A stretch of 64,000 bases of DNA from an uncultured Clostridia bacterium (GTDB taxonomy: Bacteria > Bacillota > Clostridia > Christensenellales > UBA3700), in NCBI GenBank assembly GCA_947038565.1, contig CAMQWP010000006.1, positions 27,504-91,503 of the forward strand. Reading direction: 5' to 3'. Both the position numbers and the translations under genes were made by a program. This document shows, one piece after another, positions 46,808 to 56,798 of this stretch. The first letter of the stretch is position 1, and each line of letters opens with the position of its first letter. The notes below the pieces were generated by a model, which had not been told where the DNA came from, searched no databases, and worked only from the letters and a program-made list of their open reading frames with translations.

Positions 46808-46837
46808 TTGACATTTAGCAAGCATTTGTTATATAAT
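46808..46837 (+). promoter_or_regulatory. Candidate sigma-A promoter, about 155 nt upstream of the 46993 gene
   Basis: TTGACA (46808-46813), an 18-nt spacer, then TATAAT (46832-46837). Confidence 0.45.
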
Positions 46838-46992
46838 GATGATAATAATAATTATAATGTATAATTGTTGTTAAAAGTATAATAACATTATATATACTAT
46901 CTTCATTATTATATTAAATAGTAATTGGATACAAAATTTGTTACTTTTTAGATGTATTATAAAAATATGTCTTTAGTAATCATAGGAGAATT

Positions 46993-47799
46993 ATGACTGA
47001 CGCAATTATTGAGTTTTTTAGAAGTACATTAGATAATGATGTCTTGACTATTTTTATTATATCTATGCTTCCTATAATAGAGCTTAGAGGATCTATACCT
47101 ATTGCTATACAAATGGGCTTTGAGTGGTATGCCGCTTTAGGTTATGCGTTCTTAGGTTCAATAGCTGTAGTGCCAGTGCTTCTATTGATACTTATGCCTG
47201 TCCTTAATCTAATGAAGAAAAATAGATTTTTCCGCAAGATCGCCGATGTAGTAGAAGGTATATTTAAGGGCAAGGCAGAGTCCATCACGAAAAGAATCGG
47301 GTCGGGTGATACGGAAAAACGAGAATTAGTAATAAAAATGCTAGGAGTTCTTGCATTCGTAGCTATACCTATGCCAATGACTGGTGTATGGACAGGTACT
47401 GCAGTTGCATTGTTTTTAGGTCTTGGATTCTGGAAATCATTGCTAGTCGTGTCTGTTGGTAATATGTCAGCGGGTCTTATCATGACTGGTCTTAGCGTGT
47501 TGCTACATGATCACTTAGATTTATTCCTTACAGTATTTATGATAGTCGTGATTGCATTCCTTTTGATAAACATAATCTATGTAGTGGTAAAACATAAGAA
47601 GAAAAGTAAAGCAAATGCACTTAATGCTGATGTCGATGTGTCTGAAGAATCAGTTATGGATGAAATAGAGGAGATCGATACTAAAGATCAGATTTCGCCT
47701 ATTATCGAAGGTGCTGATATTGCTGATAATGAAATACAAGATAATACTAATAGTGCTGATGTCGGAGTGAATTCAGCCGACGTAAATGCTTTAAAATAA
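46993..47799 (+). CDS. Small multidrug export-like membrane protein (COG2426 / Sm_multidrug_ex family) with an acidic C-terminal tail
   Basis: The N-terminal motif LPIIELRGSIPIAI and 4-5 TM segments. The last 65 aa or so are Asp/Glu/Asn-rich and non-membrane. Confidence 0.65.
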   Translation: MTDAIIEFFRSTLDNDVLTIFIISMLPIIELRGSIPIAIQMGFEWYAALGYAFLGSIAVVPVLLLILMPVLNLMKKNRFFRKIADVVEGIFKGKAESITKRIGSGDTEKRELVIKMLGVLAFVAIPMPMTGVWTGTAVALFLGLGFWKSLLVVSVGNMSAGLIMTGLSVLLHDHLDLFLTVFMIVVIAFLLINIIYVVVKHKKKSKANALNADVDVSEESVMDEIEEIDTKDQISPIIEGADIADNEIQDNTNSADVGVNSADVNALK

Positions 47800-47863
47800 G
47801 TTAAACAAGGATTTTTAGTCGTTAAATATTGCTAATTATAACATAAATAAATATATTTTTATT

Positions 47864-47894
47864 GAGATCGAAAGTACTTTTCGGTCTCTTTTTT
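47864..47894 (+). terminator. Rho-independent terminator
   Basis: GAGATCGAAAG-tac-(C)TTTTCGGTCTC, with one G-U pair and a bulge, followed by T6. Confidence 0.7.
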
Positions 47895-48110
47895 CGTTTT
47901 AAAAACTAATGTTTAATAATATAAACTTTAGCATTTTGAGTAGTCATAAATAGTAAATAATACGTTATTTATAGAGTTTGTTGACGTTTATTGCTATTAT
48001 TATGCATGCTGGAAAAGTTTTGTTTTGATTAAGTTTGAGGTGGTTATATTAAAATGTAAATAAATAGTCATCAAATCATTCAAGAATATTTAAAAAAAAT
48101 TAATTAACTA

Positions 48111-48139
48111 TTGACATTGTTAATAGCATAGTATAGTAT
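48111..48139 (+). promoter_or_regulatory. Candidate sigma-A promoter of the large surface protein gene
   Basis: TTGACA (48111-48116), then TATAGT/TAGTAT at 48132-48139 (spacer 15-17 nt). An A8 tract lies just upstream and could act as an UP element. Confidence 0.45.
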
Positions 48140-48161
48140 ATATATATACAAGGGGGATATT

Positions 48162-51100
48162 ATGACTAGGGGAAAATATTTCAGTGTAATGACAATTTGC
48201 TTGGTGTTGGTACTGTGCTTGACTTTAGGGTTGTTCACAGTCTTTTCTGATGTTAATGCAGTTGCAGTTGATTTTGATATCAATGGAAGTAACGACAACT
48301 CGTTAGCTTTGCCTACCGCTGCTGAAAGCCGTGCGGGCAATGTTGATCTAAAGGACGGCGAAGTTTATGGCGGTTCATTAGAGTATACAGAAAGAGCTTA
48401 TGGTGTTGATTCAAGTGATCCTAACTATAACAGTGTTGTAGTTCGAATTGGCACAGCTGATCAGCTTAGAAAATGGCTTTGGAAAAATCCAACTCAAAAA
48501 TCAGCTATCTTAGTTAATGATATATCAAATTTCGAATGGTTTTCGCAAAGTGGTTGGTCAAAAGGTTTTGCTCCAACAGTTTTGAGTAATCCTTTTGAAG
48601 ATTCAGTTATTAGAAGTGGTGTAACTTTAGACGGTTGCGGTTACAAAATAATAATGGAGATCGGAAATAGTGGTAACGTTAGTTATCCAACCGCTCAAAG
48701 CGTACATAGATTAAATGAGACTGGTCTTTTTGTTGCTACTTTATCAGGAATTGTTAAAAATGTAAATTTCGATTCTAGTAAACCAGCACATGTAATTGCT
48801 GGCAAAGAACATACATTTAACAATGCTGATATGACTGTAGGTTTGCTTTTTGGTAATATCGGTCAGTCTGGTGTAGTCGAAAATGTTAGTCTTACTCATA
48901 ACGCTTCTTTTAAAACGACTACAAATTCTAAAGGCGGACTTTTTGATCCTAACTACACTATGATGCATGTAGGTCTTATTGCAGGTAGATCTAGTGGTCT
49001 TATAAAACAAGTAACTATAAATGCTACAGATAATTCGCGTGTTAATACGAGTATTGGTAGCAATAGAATGTCATCGTATTCGTTCTCTGCATATTTTGTA
49101 GGGATGACACTAGACGGTTCTCAAATAAATAATATTTCACTAAACATGACAAATCAGCCTACGGTTATAAAGATGGAAGCCTATTCTGGTCAAACGTCAG
49201 TAGGTTTAATTGCAGGTAGATCTAAAAATGGAAGTGTAGACGGTGTTATTTTTCAAGGTCGTGCTAATTTGACTAAATTATCAAACAGTCCATATACAAG
49301 TCTTTTATTCGGTTCTTTCGAGAAAGGTGAAATGAATAATTTCTTTAGTAATGCAGGAGAATTAAACATACCTTTATACGCAAAAAATAGAACACTATTT
49401 TCTTACGTATATAATGACTCTAGCATTAGTGTTAAGTATGATAAATTGTCTAACAATAATGGTAAATTACAAAACTATAAAATCGCTTTAGCTAATCCTT
49501 TAAAACAAGGTTTTGTTTGGAGTGTAGAAGTTAGTGGCAGCTCGGGTGTTTCCCCTTATTATACATACGAGCAGTACAGTAAAAGCATTATATCAGTGCC
49601 TTTATTACCCCCTACGAATGCTAGCGGTGACGCACTAAATTCAGGTGCTGGTTACAAAATGATAACTACTGTTGGATCTACGGGTTCAGCTACATATGGT
49701 TGGGATAAATCAACTGATGGATTTACTTATGATCAGTCTGAACATAAAATAAATCTTAACGTTCCTAGTGGTTGGGATTTATATGACTCAAAAGGTGATG
49801 TTAAAGATAATGTTTCTATAAAATTCAAGACTTCTAAAGTTAAGAATGTAGCGACAGATGTTAAAGCTATAATGATGCCCGTAGCTACTATTAATAATAG
49901 CGGTATAGGTATAATGTATATTGATAAAACTAATAAGAGAATTATGTTAGATAGTCAAGTTAGCATTGATGCTACACTAAGTGACACTATAACAGTTAAA
50001 CCGGCAAAGGTTAATATCACTGATTCATTATTTGACAAAAATAAGATCGTGGCTAAAGGTTATGATGGATACAAATTAATAGATAAGAAATTAGTTTCAA
50101 ATCTATCAGTTAGTTCGGTAAATGGTATCAGTACTATTATAGATATAATTGCTGCTGATAAATATATTGAACTAAATGGAAGAGTTGTCCTTAATACTGA
50201 TTATTTATTTGATATTTATGGCGACTACACTGGTTACAAAAGTGCTGATGTAGGCTCTACAGAAGGTCTTATATTATTTAATAGTGATAATAATTTTTTA
50301 TATGTAGATAGTAACGGTGATGCACTAGATAATACTTACGGTATTATATCTTATGAAGCTAAGTTGCCTCCTATTAGTGTTGCAGAGATAAAAATTTCTT
50401 GGGACGATATAGGAAAACAGAGTTACACAGGTTTGAAATATAGCCCTCGTGCAACTTCAGAGATATCTACTTATATCAATAAATACGTTGATAAGCCTTA
50501 TTTAAAACTTACTTATACAAAAGATGGTGAAGTATTTGATAGCTTACAGAACGTAGGTACTTATAATGCAACATTGACTACTGATAATCCAAACTTCGTT
50601 ATTAAAAAAGGACATGAGTCAAAAACTTATGTGATTAATGAGCCTATTATTAATATCACAGCTGAAAATGGTATGGTTGAAAAAACTTTTATCGACGGTG
50701 AGTTGACTCTAGTGGCTACACCAAGCGATACTTATGTGTTCAGTCATTGGACTAATGGTAAGGGTATTATCTTGTCACAAGATGCTACTTTCGTAACAAA
50801 TGTAACTGTATCTTATAACGTAATAGCAGTATTTGTTAAAAGCCCTGAGTCTATGATAAACATTTTATTTAAGTCAGCTGCTGGGAATGTAATTGCAAAA
50901 GCAATTGCTACTACAGATGTATACTTAGAAGATGTAAAACCTATAGATCCTAAAAGAGAAGGTTTTGTTTTTGATGGCTGGTATATTGGCGAAGAAAAGT
51001 TAAATAATAACTCTATCCTATCAAGTGATATAGAGTTGGTTGCAAAGTTCATATCAAGCGATAAAGCACTTATTAATAATATATCAGTTAAAGCTATTGA

Positions 51101-51752
51101 AGGTATTTCTTATTATATCAATGGAGAGATCGTAACTGATTTTGTTGAAGTTGAGATTGATTCTTTAGTCAATATTAGTATTGGTCAAACAAGTTTGACA
51201 TTTATCCATTGGGTAGATGCGAATAATAATATTGTCTCTTACGAGATGAAATATGCTTTCTATTCTCAAAATGATATCAATTTAAGACCAGTATTTGACA
51301 CTGACGGGTTCGTTCAGCTTGATAAAAGATCAACTATCAATGCTTCAATTATTGCTACAAGTGAATTGCATGCTAAAATTAATGGTTCATATATCGTAGA
51401 AGAGACTGATACATTATTGGAATACGGTATGTTGGTTGCAACTGGTGAATTTGTTTCTGAGAGCATGATGAATATTGATTGTAAAACTACTGTTAAACAT
51501 GTTCTTAATTTGAGTAATGAATTTGGTCAATTTAAAACTTATTATACTGCATACGAATACGGCAATCACATGTTCAGACCTTATATGCTAGTAAAAGATA
51601 AAGATGGTAACATCAAAGATGTGTACGGTAGTATTAGTACTTTCATGTTCTCAACTACAGTTGAAGATCCTGCTAAATTTACAATTGCTTCAATGATGAA
51701 TAGCTCAATTGCTACTCATGCTGATGTAGAGAGATTTGGTAACGTAAATTAA
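48162..51752 (+). CDS. Large secreted adhesin-like protein (signal peptide; GLUG-motif region; MBG-like domain; three Listeria-Bacteroides/Flg_new repeats)
   Basis: 1196 aa. Signal peptide ...LGLFTVFSDVNA|VA. GLUG-like repeats VGLLFGNIGQSGVVENV, VGLIAGRSSGLIKQV and VGLIAGRSKNGSVDGV. MBG-like YTGLKYSP...VGTYNATLTTDNPNFVI. Flg_new-like YVFSHWTNG..., EGFVFDGWYIGEE... and LTFIHWVDANNN.... No LPXTG, SLH or choline-binding anchor is visible. Confidence 0.8.
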   Translation: MTRGKYFSVMTICLVLVLCLTLGLFTVFSDVNAVAVDFDINGSNDNSLALPTAAESRAGNVDLKDGEVYGGSLEYTERAYGVDSSDPNYNSVVVRIGTADQLRKWLWKNPTQKSAILVNDISNFEWFSQSGWSKGFAPTVLSNPFEDSVIRSGVTLDGCGYKIIMEIGNSGNVSYPTAQSVHRLNETGLFVATLSGIVKNVNFDSSKPAHVIAGKEHTFNNADMTVGLLFGNIGQSGVVENVSLTHNASFKTTTNSKGGLFDPNYTMMHVGLIAGRSSGLIKQVTINATDNSRVNTSIGSNRMSSYSFSAYFVGMTLDGSQINNISLNMTNQPTVIKMEAYSGQTSVGLIAGRSKNGSVDGVIFQGRANLTKLSNSPYTSLLFGSFEKGEMNNFFSNAGELNIPLYAKNRTLFSYVYNDSSISVKYDKLSNNNGKLQNYKIALANPLKQGFVWSVEVSGSSGVSPYYTYEQYSKSIISVPLLPPTNASGDALNSGAGYKMITTVGSTGSATYGWDKSTDGFTYDQSEHKINLNVPSGWDLYDSKGDVKDNVSIKFKTSKVKNVATDVKAIMMPVATINNSGIGIMYIDKTNKRIMLDSQVSIDATLSDTITVKPAKVNITDSLFDKNKIVAKGYDGYKLIDKKLVSNLSVSSVNGISTIIDIIAADKYIELNGRVVLNTDYLFDIYGDYTGYKSADVGSTEGLILFNSDNNFLYVDSNGDALDNTYGIISYEAKLPPISVAEIKISWDDIGKQSYTGLKYSPRATSEISTYINKYVDKPYLKLTYTKDGEVFDSLQNVGTYNATLTTDNPNFVIKKGHESKTYVINEPIINITAENGMVEKTFIDGELTLVATPSDTYVFSHWTNGKGIILSQDATFVTNVTVSYNVIAVFVKSPESMINILFKSAAGNVIAKAIATTDVYLEDVKPIDPKREGFVFDGWYIGEEKLNNNSILSSDIELVAKFISSDKALINNISVKAIEGISYYINGEIVTDFVEVEIDSLVNISIGQTSLTFIHWVDANNNIVSYEMKYAFYSQNDINLRPVFDTDGFVQLDKRSTINASIIATSELHAKINGSYIVEETDTLLEYGMLVATGEFVSESMMNIDCKTTVKHVLNLSNEFGQFKTYYTAYEYGNHMFRPYMLVKDKDGNIKDVYGSISTFMFSTTVEDPAKFTIASMMNSSIATHADVERFGNVN

Positions 51753-51788
51753 TATTATTTTATAATACGAAATTATTATATAATTATT

Positions 51789-51822
51789 CGAGCATTGCTT
51801 ATTTGCATTGCTCGATTTTTTT
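51789..51822 (+). terminator. Rho-independent terminator after the surface protein gene
   Basis: CGAGCATTGC-ttattt-GCATTGCTCG (one mismatch), then a T-rich run. Confidence 0.7.
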
Positions 51823-52284
51823 ATAATATAACTACTATAATAATTAGATAATATAAAATTCAATCTATACAATCAGTTTGTATTATGGCATATGATATTA
51901 TCTTTTGATGATAAAATATTTAGCTAGATTTACCTTTAAAAACATATTGATGATTATACAATTAAGCGTTGGTGATAATGTATGTACATATATATGTATA
52001 TATAATGGTAATATATATTTATATAAAATTAATAAGTAGTTAACTAACAAAATAGCAAACTTAATGCTGATTTACAGCAGTTTATGTTAGGATTGTATGG
52101 TAAAAAATAATCGTTTTGTTGTAAAAAACTGTTATTTATATGGTTTTATTGTCAAAATGCAAATTAGTAAAAGATTTTGTTTGACAAATTTATTCTTATA
52201 GTTTAAACTATTAAGTATAATAAAATTAGTATACAAATAATTAAATGGTGGATATATTATTATCCCATACGAAAGGAGAAGAAA

Positions 52285-53871
52285 GTGATAAAACATAATA
52301 AAGACAGAGGATTTTCTAGTAAATTCGGTTTCTTAATGGCTGCTGTAGGTAGTGCAGTAGGTCTTGGTAACCTTTGGAGTTTTCCATATAAAGTAAGTAG
52401 TAATGGCGGTGCCGCTTTTATATTTATCTATGTATTAATGGCAATTTTTGTAGGTATCGTTGCACTTATTGGTGAGCTTATAATAGGTAAACGCAGTCAG
52501 TCTAATGTACTTACTACTTTCACTAAAATCACACCTAAATCTAAGTGGTTGGGTTATCTTGCTGTTGCAGTTCCTTTCCTTATCTTATGTTATTATCCCG
52601 TTATCGGTGGTTGGTCTGTTAAGTATGCTTTCGATTATATCAGTGGTACTGGTGCTGGTGCTATTGGAGAAGTTGCTACTGGCGGATTCGGACCTCTATT
52701 CACTCAGTTTATTGCAAATCCATATTTGCCTGTAGTTTTCCTAGTTATTTTTATCGCGATAGTTACTGTTATAGTTCTATTAGGCGTTAAAAAGGGTATT
52801 GAGATGGCTAGTAAAATTCTAATGCCTTTATTATTTGTTTGTCTATTAGTAGTTGTAGGTATCGGTCTTTCACTTCCAGGAGCTACTGCTGGTCTTGACT
52901 TTATATTAAAACCAGATTTCTCTCAGGTCACTGGTGATACAGTGCTTACTGCGTTAGGTCAGGTATTCTTCAGTATGTCGCTTGGTATGGGTATTAATAT
53001 CGCTTACGGTAGCTACATGGGTGAGACTATGAGCGTTGGTAGCAGTGCGGTTTTGGTTAGTGTTATGGATACCGTTATGGCTCTACTTGCTTGTCTTGCT
53101 ATATTCCCAGCTGTATTCGCTTTAGATCCGTCTCTTATTACTGAAGGACCTACATTGCTATTCGTAGCTCTTGCAGAGGTTTTTGGTAGTATCGGTGTGA
53201 TGGGTAGAGTACTTGGAGTTATATTCTTCGTGCTTGTTATAGTTGCTGCGGTTACTTCATCAATTGCACTTCTTGAGGTGCCAGTTCAGTTCCTTGTTGA
53301 AAAATTCCGCATTAATCGTAAAGTTGCGTCTTTATGCGTTGCAATGAGTGCTTTCTCTATTGGTAGCTTTATTGCTATGTCATTTAGTAATGCTAGTCTT
53401 CAAATCGGCGGAGCAAATTTACTAGACGTATTTGATACTATTATAAATAAAGTATTGCTTCCTATTACAGCATTATCTACTTGTCTTATCGTTGGTTGGA
53501 AGATTAAACCTGTCAACTTAATGGAGGACTTAGGTGCTAATACAAAAGCTAAACGTGTTATGTACAATATCTGGGGTTTTACAATTAAGTTTATAACTCC
53601 TACTGCTATTGCTATTATCTTCGGGTTTGGTATATTTGATCTTTTCTCTGGTAAGACTGGATTTAAAGACCTTACTGGGCAGTTAGTCATATTCTTGTCT
53701 GGTGCGGGCGTATTGATTATATCGTTAATCGCGAATGTAATCAGTCAATTTAATGATAAGAAAAATAATGTACTAGTTACTGATGTTGACGCTTTAATTG
53801 CTCAGCAATCTGATGAGAACTTGATCGCGGATCAGGATACTGTAGAAGGTTCTGATATCGAGCAAGTTTAA
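52285..53871 (+). CDS. Sodium-dependent transporter, NSS/SNF family
   Basis: SKFGFLMAAVGSAVGLGNLWSFPY is the NSS signature. About 11-12 TM segments. GTG start 6 nt after AAGGAG. Acidic C-terminal tail. Confidence 0.9.
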   Translation: MIKHNKDRGFSSKFGFLMAAVGSAVGLGNLWSFPYKVSSNGGAAFIFIYVLMAIFVGIVALIGELIIGKRSQSNVLTTFTKITPKSKWLGYLAVAVPFLILCYYPVIGGWSVKYAFDYISGTGAGAIGEVATGGFGPLFTQFIANPYLPVVFLVIFIAIVTVIVLLGVKKGIEMASKILMPLLFVCLLVVVGIGLSLPGATAGLDFILKPDFSQVTGDTVLTALGQVFFSMSLGMGINIAYGSYMGETMSVGSSAVLVSVMDTVMALLACLAIFPAVFALDPSLITEGPTLLFVALAEVFGSIGVMGRVLGVIFFVLVIVAAVTSSIALLEVPVQFLVEKFRINRKVASLCVAMSAFSIGSFIAMSFSNASLQIGGANLLDVFDTIINKVLLPITALSTCLIVGWKIKPVNLMEDLGANTKAKRVMYNIWGFTIKFITPTAIAIIFGFGIFDLFSGKTGFKDLTGQLVIFLSGAGVLIISLIANVISQFNDKKNNVLVTDVDALIAQQSDENLIADQDTVEGSDIEQV

Positions 53872-53890
53872 TAGGATATTTATTTAATAC

Positions 53891-53922
53891 AAATAGGCTA
53901 GCGCTTACGCTAGCCTATTTTT
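53891..53922 (+). terminator. Rho-independent terminator after the NSS transporter gene
   Basis: AAATAGGCTAGCG-ctta-CGCTAGCCTATTT, followed by TT. Confidence 0.85.
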
Positions 53923-54060
53923 CATGTTTATATTACTTGTATCTACAATTAATGCATTTCATAATGCGTTGCATAGCGGTGTTAGGTGTATTATAGGATA
54001 TAAAAATATTATTGTGCGTGTAAATTATGAGTTAAATTGATAGTTATGATATTACTATTC

Positions 54061-54089
54061 TTGCTATTTTCCAACCTATGTGATATAAT
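54061..54089 (+). promoter_or_regulatory. Candidate sigma-A promoter of the MBL hydrolase gene
   Basis: TTGCTA (54061-54066), a 17-nt spacer, then TATAAT (54084-54089), with TG at 54081-54082 just upstream of the -10. Confidence 0.55.
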
Positions 54090-54115
54090 GCAAGTATATA
54101 TTTTAGGGAGTAACT

Positions 54116-54898
54116 ATGCGAGTTTGTGTGTTAAGTAGTGGTAGTCGAGGAAATAGCGTGTATATAGAAGGTGGTGATAACGCCATACTTATAGATAATG
54201 GACTTGCTTTTCGCGAACTAAAATCAAGACTTGATACAGCGGGACTTGATGTTGCAAAGATAAAAGCAACGCTTGTAACTCATGAACATACTGACCATAT
54301 AAAAGGTGTCGGCGTAATGTCGCGTAGTACTGGTAGTGAAGTGTACTGTCAAAACGAATGCTATAATGCTTTTAAACATAAAATTGGCGACTTTAACTAT
54401 GCAGGTAATAACACGAATTTTGAATGTGGTTTTACTGCTCATGGTTTTGATATTAAGCCGTTTAGAACTCCGCATGACGCTGTATACTCTGTAGGCTACA
54501 AGGTTAGTTTTGAGGGGAAAAGCGTTGTGCTTGCTACTGATTTAGGTACTATTACACCCGGAGTTTATAACCATTTGGTAGGTAGCGACCTTACCATTTT
54601 AGAGTCTAATCATGACGTAGAAATGCTCAAAAATGGCAGTTACCCAATGAGCCTGAAGGCAAGGATACTAGGACGCAATGGACATTTGTCTAATGAAGAT
54701 ATGTCTTGTGTGATAAGAGATCTTGCATTATCTGGTACGGATAAATTCATTCTAGCTCATCTTAGCGAAGATAATAATCAGCCTGATCTTGCCTTTAATG
54801 AAGCGGACGAATCACTTCATAAGCTAGGTGCAAGTAGGGGTGACATAGACTTAGTAGTCGCTAATCAATATATCCCAACAAAAGTATTTACTATATAA
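54116..54898 (+). CDS. MBL-fold metallo-hydrolase (YycJ/WalJ-like)
   Basis: SSGSRGNSVYIEGGDNAILIDNG, the HxHxDH motif THEHTDHIKG, and C-terminal AHLSEDNN. Confidence 0.85.
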   Translation: MRVCVLSSGSRGNSVYIEGGDNAILIDNGLAFRELKSRLDTAGLDVAKIKATLVTHEHTDHIKGVGVMSRSTGSEVYCQNECYNAFKHKIGDFNYAGNNTNFECGFTAHGFDIKPFRTPHDAVYSVGYKVSFEGKSVVLATDLGTITPGVYNHLVGSDLTILESNHDVEMLKNGSYPMSLKARILGRNGHLSNEDMSCVIRDLALSGTDKFILAHLSEDNNQPDLAFNEADESLHKLGASRGDIDLVVANQYIPTKVFTI

Positions 54899-54986
54899 TA
54901 TCTGATTTTATTTATGATGGTGAGATATTGTATAAGGTATATTATATAATATTAAAGTTCATAATCCGTTTACATAAGGAGTTAAC

Positions 54987-56168
54987 ATGTATAAAAAGTT
55001 ACCTAATTTAGATGATAATTATCTAGGTCTAAGGATAAGCGACGGTGCTGGTGCATTCATCGCTGGATTTGCATTCTTGTACATTTTTCAAGTAGTTCTT
55101 GTTATTATCGCTTCTATTGCGAAGATTGATATTAGCCTTGGACTTGCAAATATTCCTATATGGTTTACTTACACCACTATGGTTATAAATCAAGGTGCAT
55201 TAGTGTTGTCAGTCTTTGCTTATGGTGAAGTTACGAAAAAACCACTTCTTAGAACAAGTCGTATTAACAGAAAACTTTCGCCAATTCAAGGTTTAATATT
55301 GCCACTCGTTGCCGTATTCGGTATCATGGCTTTCTTGCCTATTGCTAATGGCTTTGTGATGCTTGTCGAGCTTATTACTGGCGCTCCTGTAGAGAATGGT
55401 ATTAGTATCGGTACTCAGTGGTGGGAGATTATGTTATCTATCGTATTTATAGCCGTTCTTCCTGCTATCGGTGAGGAATTATTATTCCGCGGTGCAGTAG
55501 CAAGAGGGCTTAAGAGAAAAAGTTATTTATTCGGTATTGTCATTTCAGCATTCTTGTTCTCTATGTTCCATGGTAGTGCTGCTCAAACTGTCCATCAGTT
55601 CTTGATCGGTATGGTTTTTGCATACGTTTACTTTGTGAGCGGTTCTCTGCTTGCTAGTATGGTACTACATTTTTGTAACAATGCCTTAGCTATCTTCTTT
55701 GAAGTAATCCTAGCTGAAACTGGTGCAGACGCTATAGGCGCTTCGCTATCAACTGGTGCGGTAGTAGGTATTTACATCGCTATGACAGGTGTAGGTCTTG
55801 TGGGACTTTATTTCTTGCTTAGATGGTTTATGGCGGAGAGTAAAAAGCAAGCTAATATTGTAGTAGTGGATAAATATAAATATGCATTCATTACAGATTT
55901 GAGCTTAATATTTACTAGACAAGGTAGAGCGAAAATAAATAATTCTATAGGTGATCTTTTCGCCGACCCTGATGATCAGGTAAATATCAATCAAGACATA
56001 GAGAATATAGATAATTCTAATATGGATGATGATTTTAAGAAAATGCTAGCTCAGCAACAAAAGTTAACTCTTCATAAACGTAAGCGCTATGATATGATTG
56101 TGCTAGGTATTGCAATCGGTATTAGTACTATTGTATGGATTTTAAATCTAATTATCGCGTCAGTATGA
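54987..56168 (+). CDS. CPBP family intramembrane glutamic endopeptidase (CAAX protease-like) with a long C-terminal extension
   Basis: Motifs GEELLFRG, FSMFHG and HFCNN. It carries about 110 extra C-terminal residues, including an acidic stretch and a final TM. Confidence 0.85.
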   Translation: MYKKLPNLDDNYLGLRISDGAGAFIAGFAFLYIFQVVLVIIASIAKIDISLGLANIPIWFTYTTMVINQGALVLSVFAYGEVTKKPLLRTSRINRKLSPIQGLILPLVAVFGIMAFLPIANGFVMLVELITGAPVENGISIGTQWWEIMLSIVFIAVLPAIGEELLFRGAVARGLKRKSYLFGIVISAFLFSMFHGSAAQTVHQFLIGMVFAYVYFVSGSLLASMVLHFCNNALAIFFEVILAETGADAIGASLSTGAVVGIYIAMTGVGLVGLYFLLRWFMAESKKQANIVVVDKYKYAFITDLSLIFTRQGRAKINNSIGDLFADPDDQVNINQDIENIDNSNMDDDFKKMLAQQQKLTLHKRKRYDMIVLGIAIGISTIVWILNLIIASV

Positions 56169-56638
56169 TAAGGGTAAATATAGTATGTATCGGCAAAGTC
56201 AAAGAAAGTTTCTATCGTGACGCTATTGCCGAGTATTCTAAAAGGCTTACTAGATTTTGCAAACTTACTATTATCGAGCTAGGTGAGTGTATGCTTTCGG
56301 GAAAAAGTAATGCGGAGATAGAGAAAGTAAAAGATACTGAAGGTAAAGCTATTCTTGCAAAGGCTAAAGGTACTCTAATATCATTAGACTTAGCGGGTAA
56401 AATGATGACTAGCCCCGATATCGCAGAAACTATTTCAAAGTGCGAAATATCTGGTGCAAGCGAGTTGTCTTTTATAATCGGTGGTTCGTATGGTCTATCC
56501 GATCAAGTAAAGCAAAAATGCGACATATCTATGTGTTTTGGAAAAGTCACTTACCCTCATCAGCTTATGAGAGTTATCTTGACCGAACAGATTTATAGAG
56601 CATTCATGATAAGCTCTAATAGTGAATATCACAAGTAA
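56165..56638 (+). CDS. rlmH: 23S rRNA (pseudouridine1915-N3)-methyltransferase RlmH
   Basis: MIRVNIVCIGKVKESFYRDAIAEYSKRL... and C-terminal YPHQLMRVILTEQIYRAF. Its start overlaps the CPBP gene stop as ATGA (the track start is 56135). Confidence 0.92.
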   Translation: MIRVNIVCIGKVKESFYRDAIAEYSKRLTRFCKLTIIELGECMLSGKSNAEIEKVKDTEGKAILAKAKGTLISLDLAGKMMTSPDIAETISKCEISGASELSFIIGGSYGLSDQVKQKCDISMCFGKVTYPHQLMRVILTEQIYRAFMISSNSEYHK

Positions 56639-56798
56639 TGACTTTAATACACGTAGCCTTAGTTTAGTTTACTGAGGCTATTTGATAGTTTAACATACTT
56701 AATTATAAAAATATTTTACGCACGTTAAAAGTTTTTTGCTAGAACTATTGCTTTATTATTATCATATAATACATAAATAACTATATAACGAGGTGTGT

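Noticed and set aside
51979-52028. TA-rich tract (tgtatgtacatatatatgtatatataatggtaatatatatttatataa) as a tandem repeat, a phase-variation element or a miniature CRISPR-like array
   Set aside because: It is low-complexity TA sequence with no exact repeat unit or spacer structure, and it is not placed between a -35 and a -10 element or inside a coding region.
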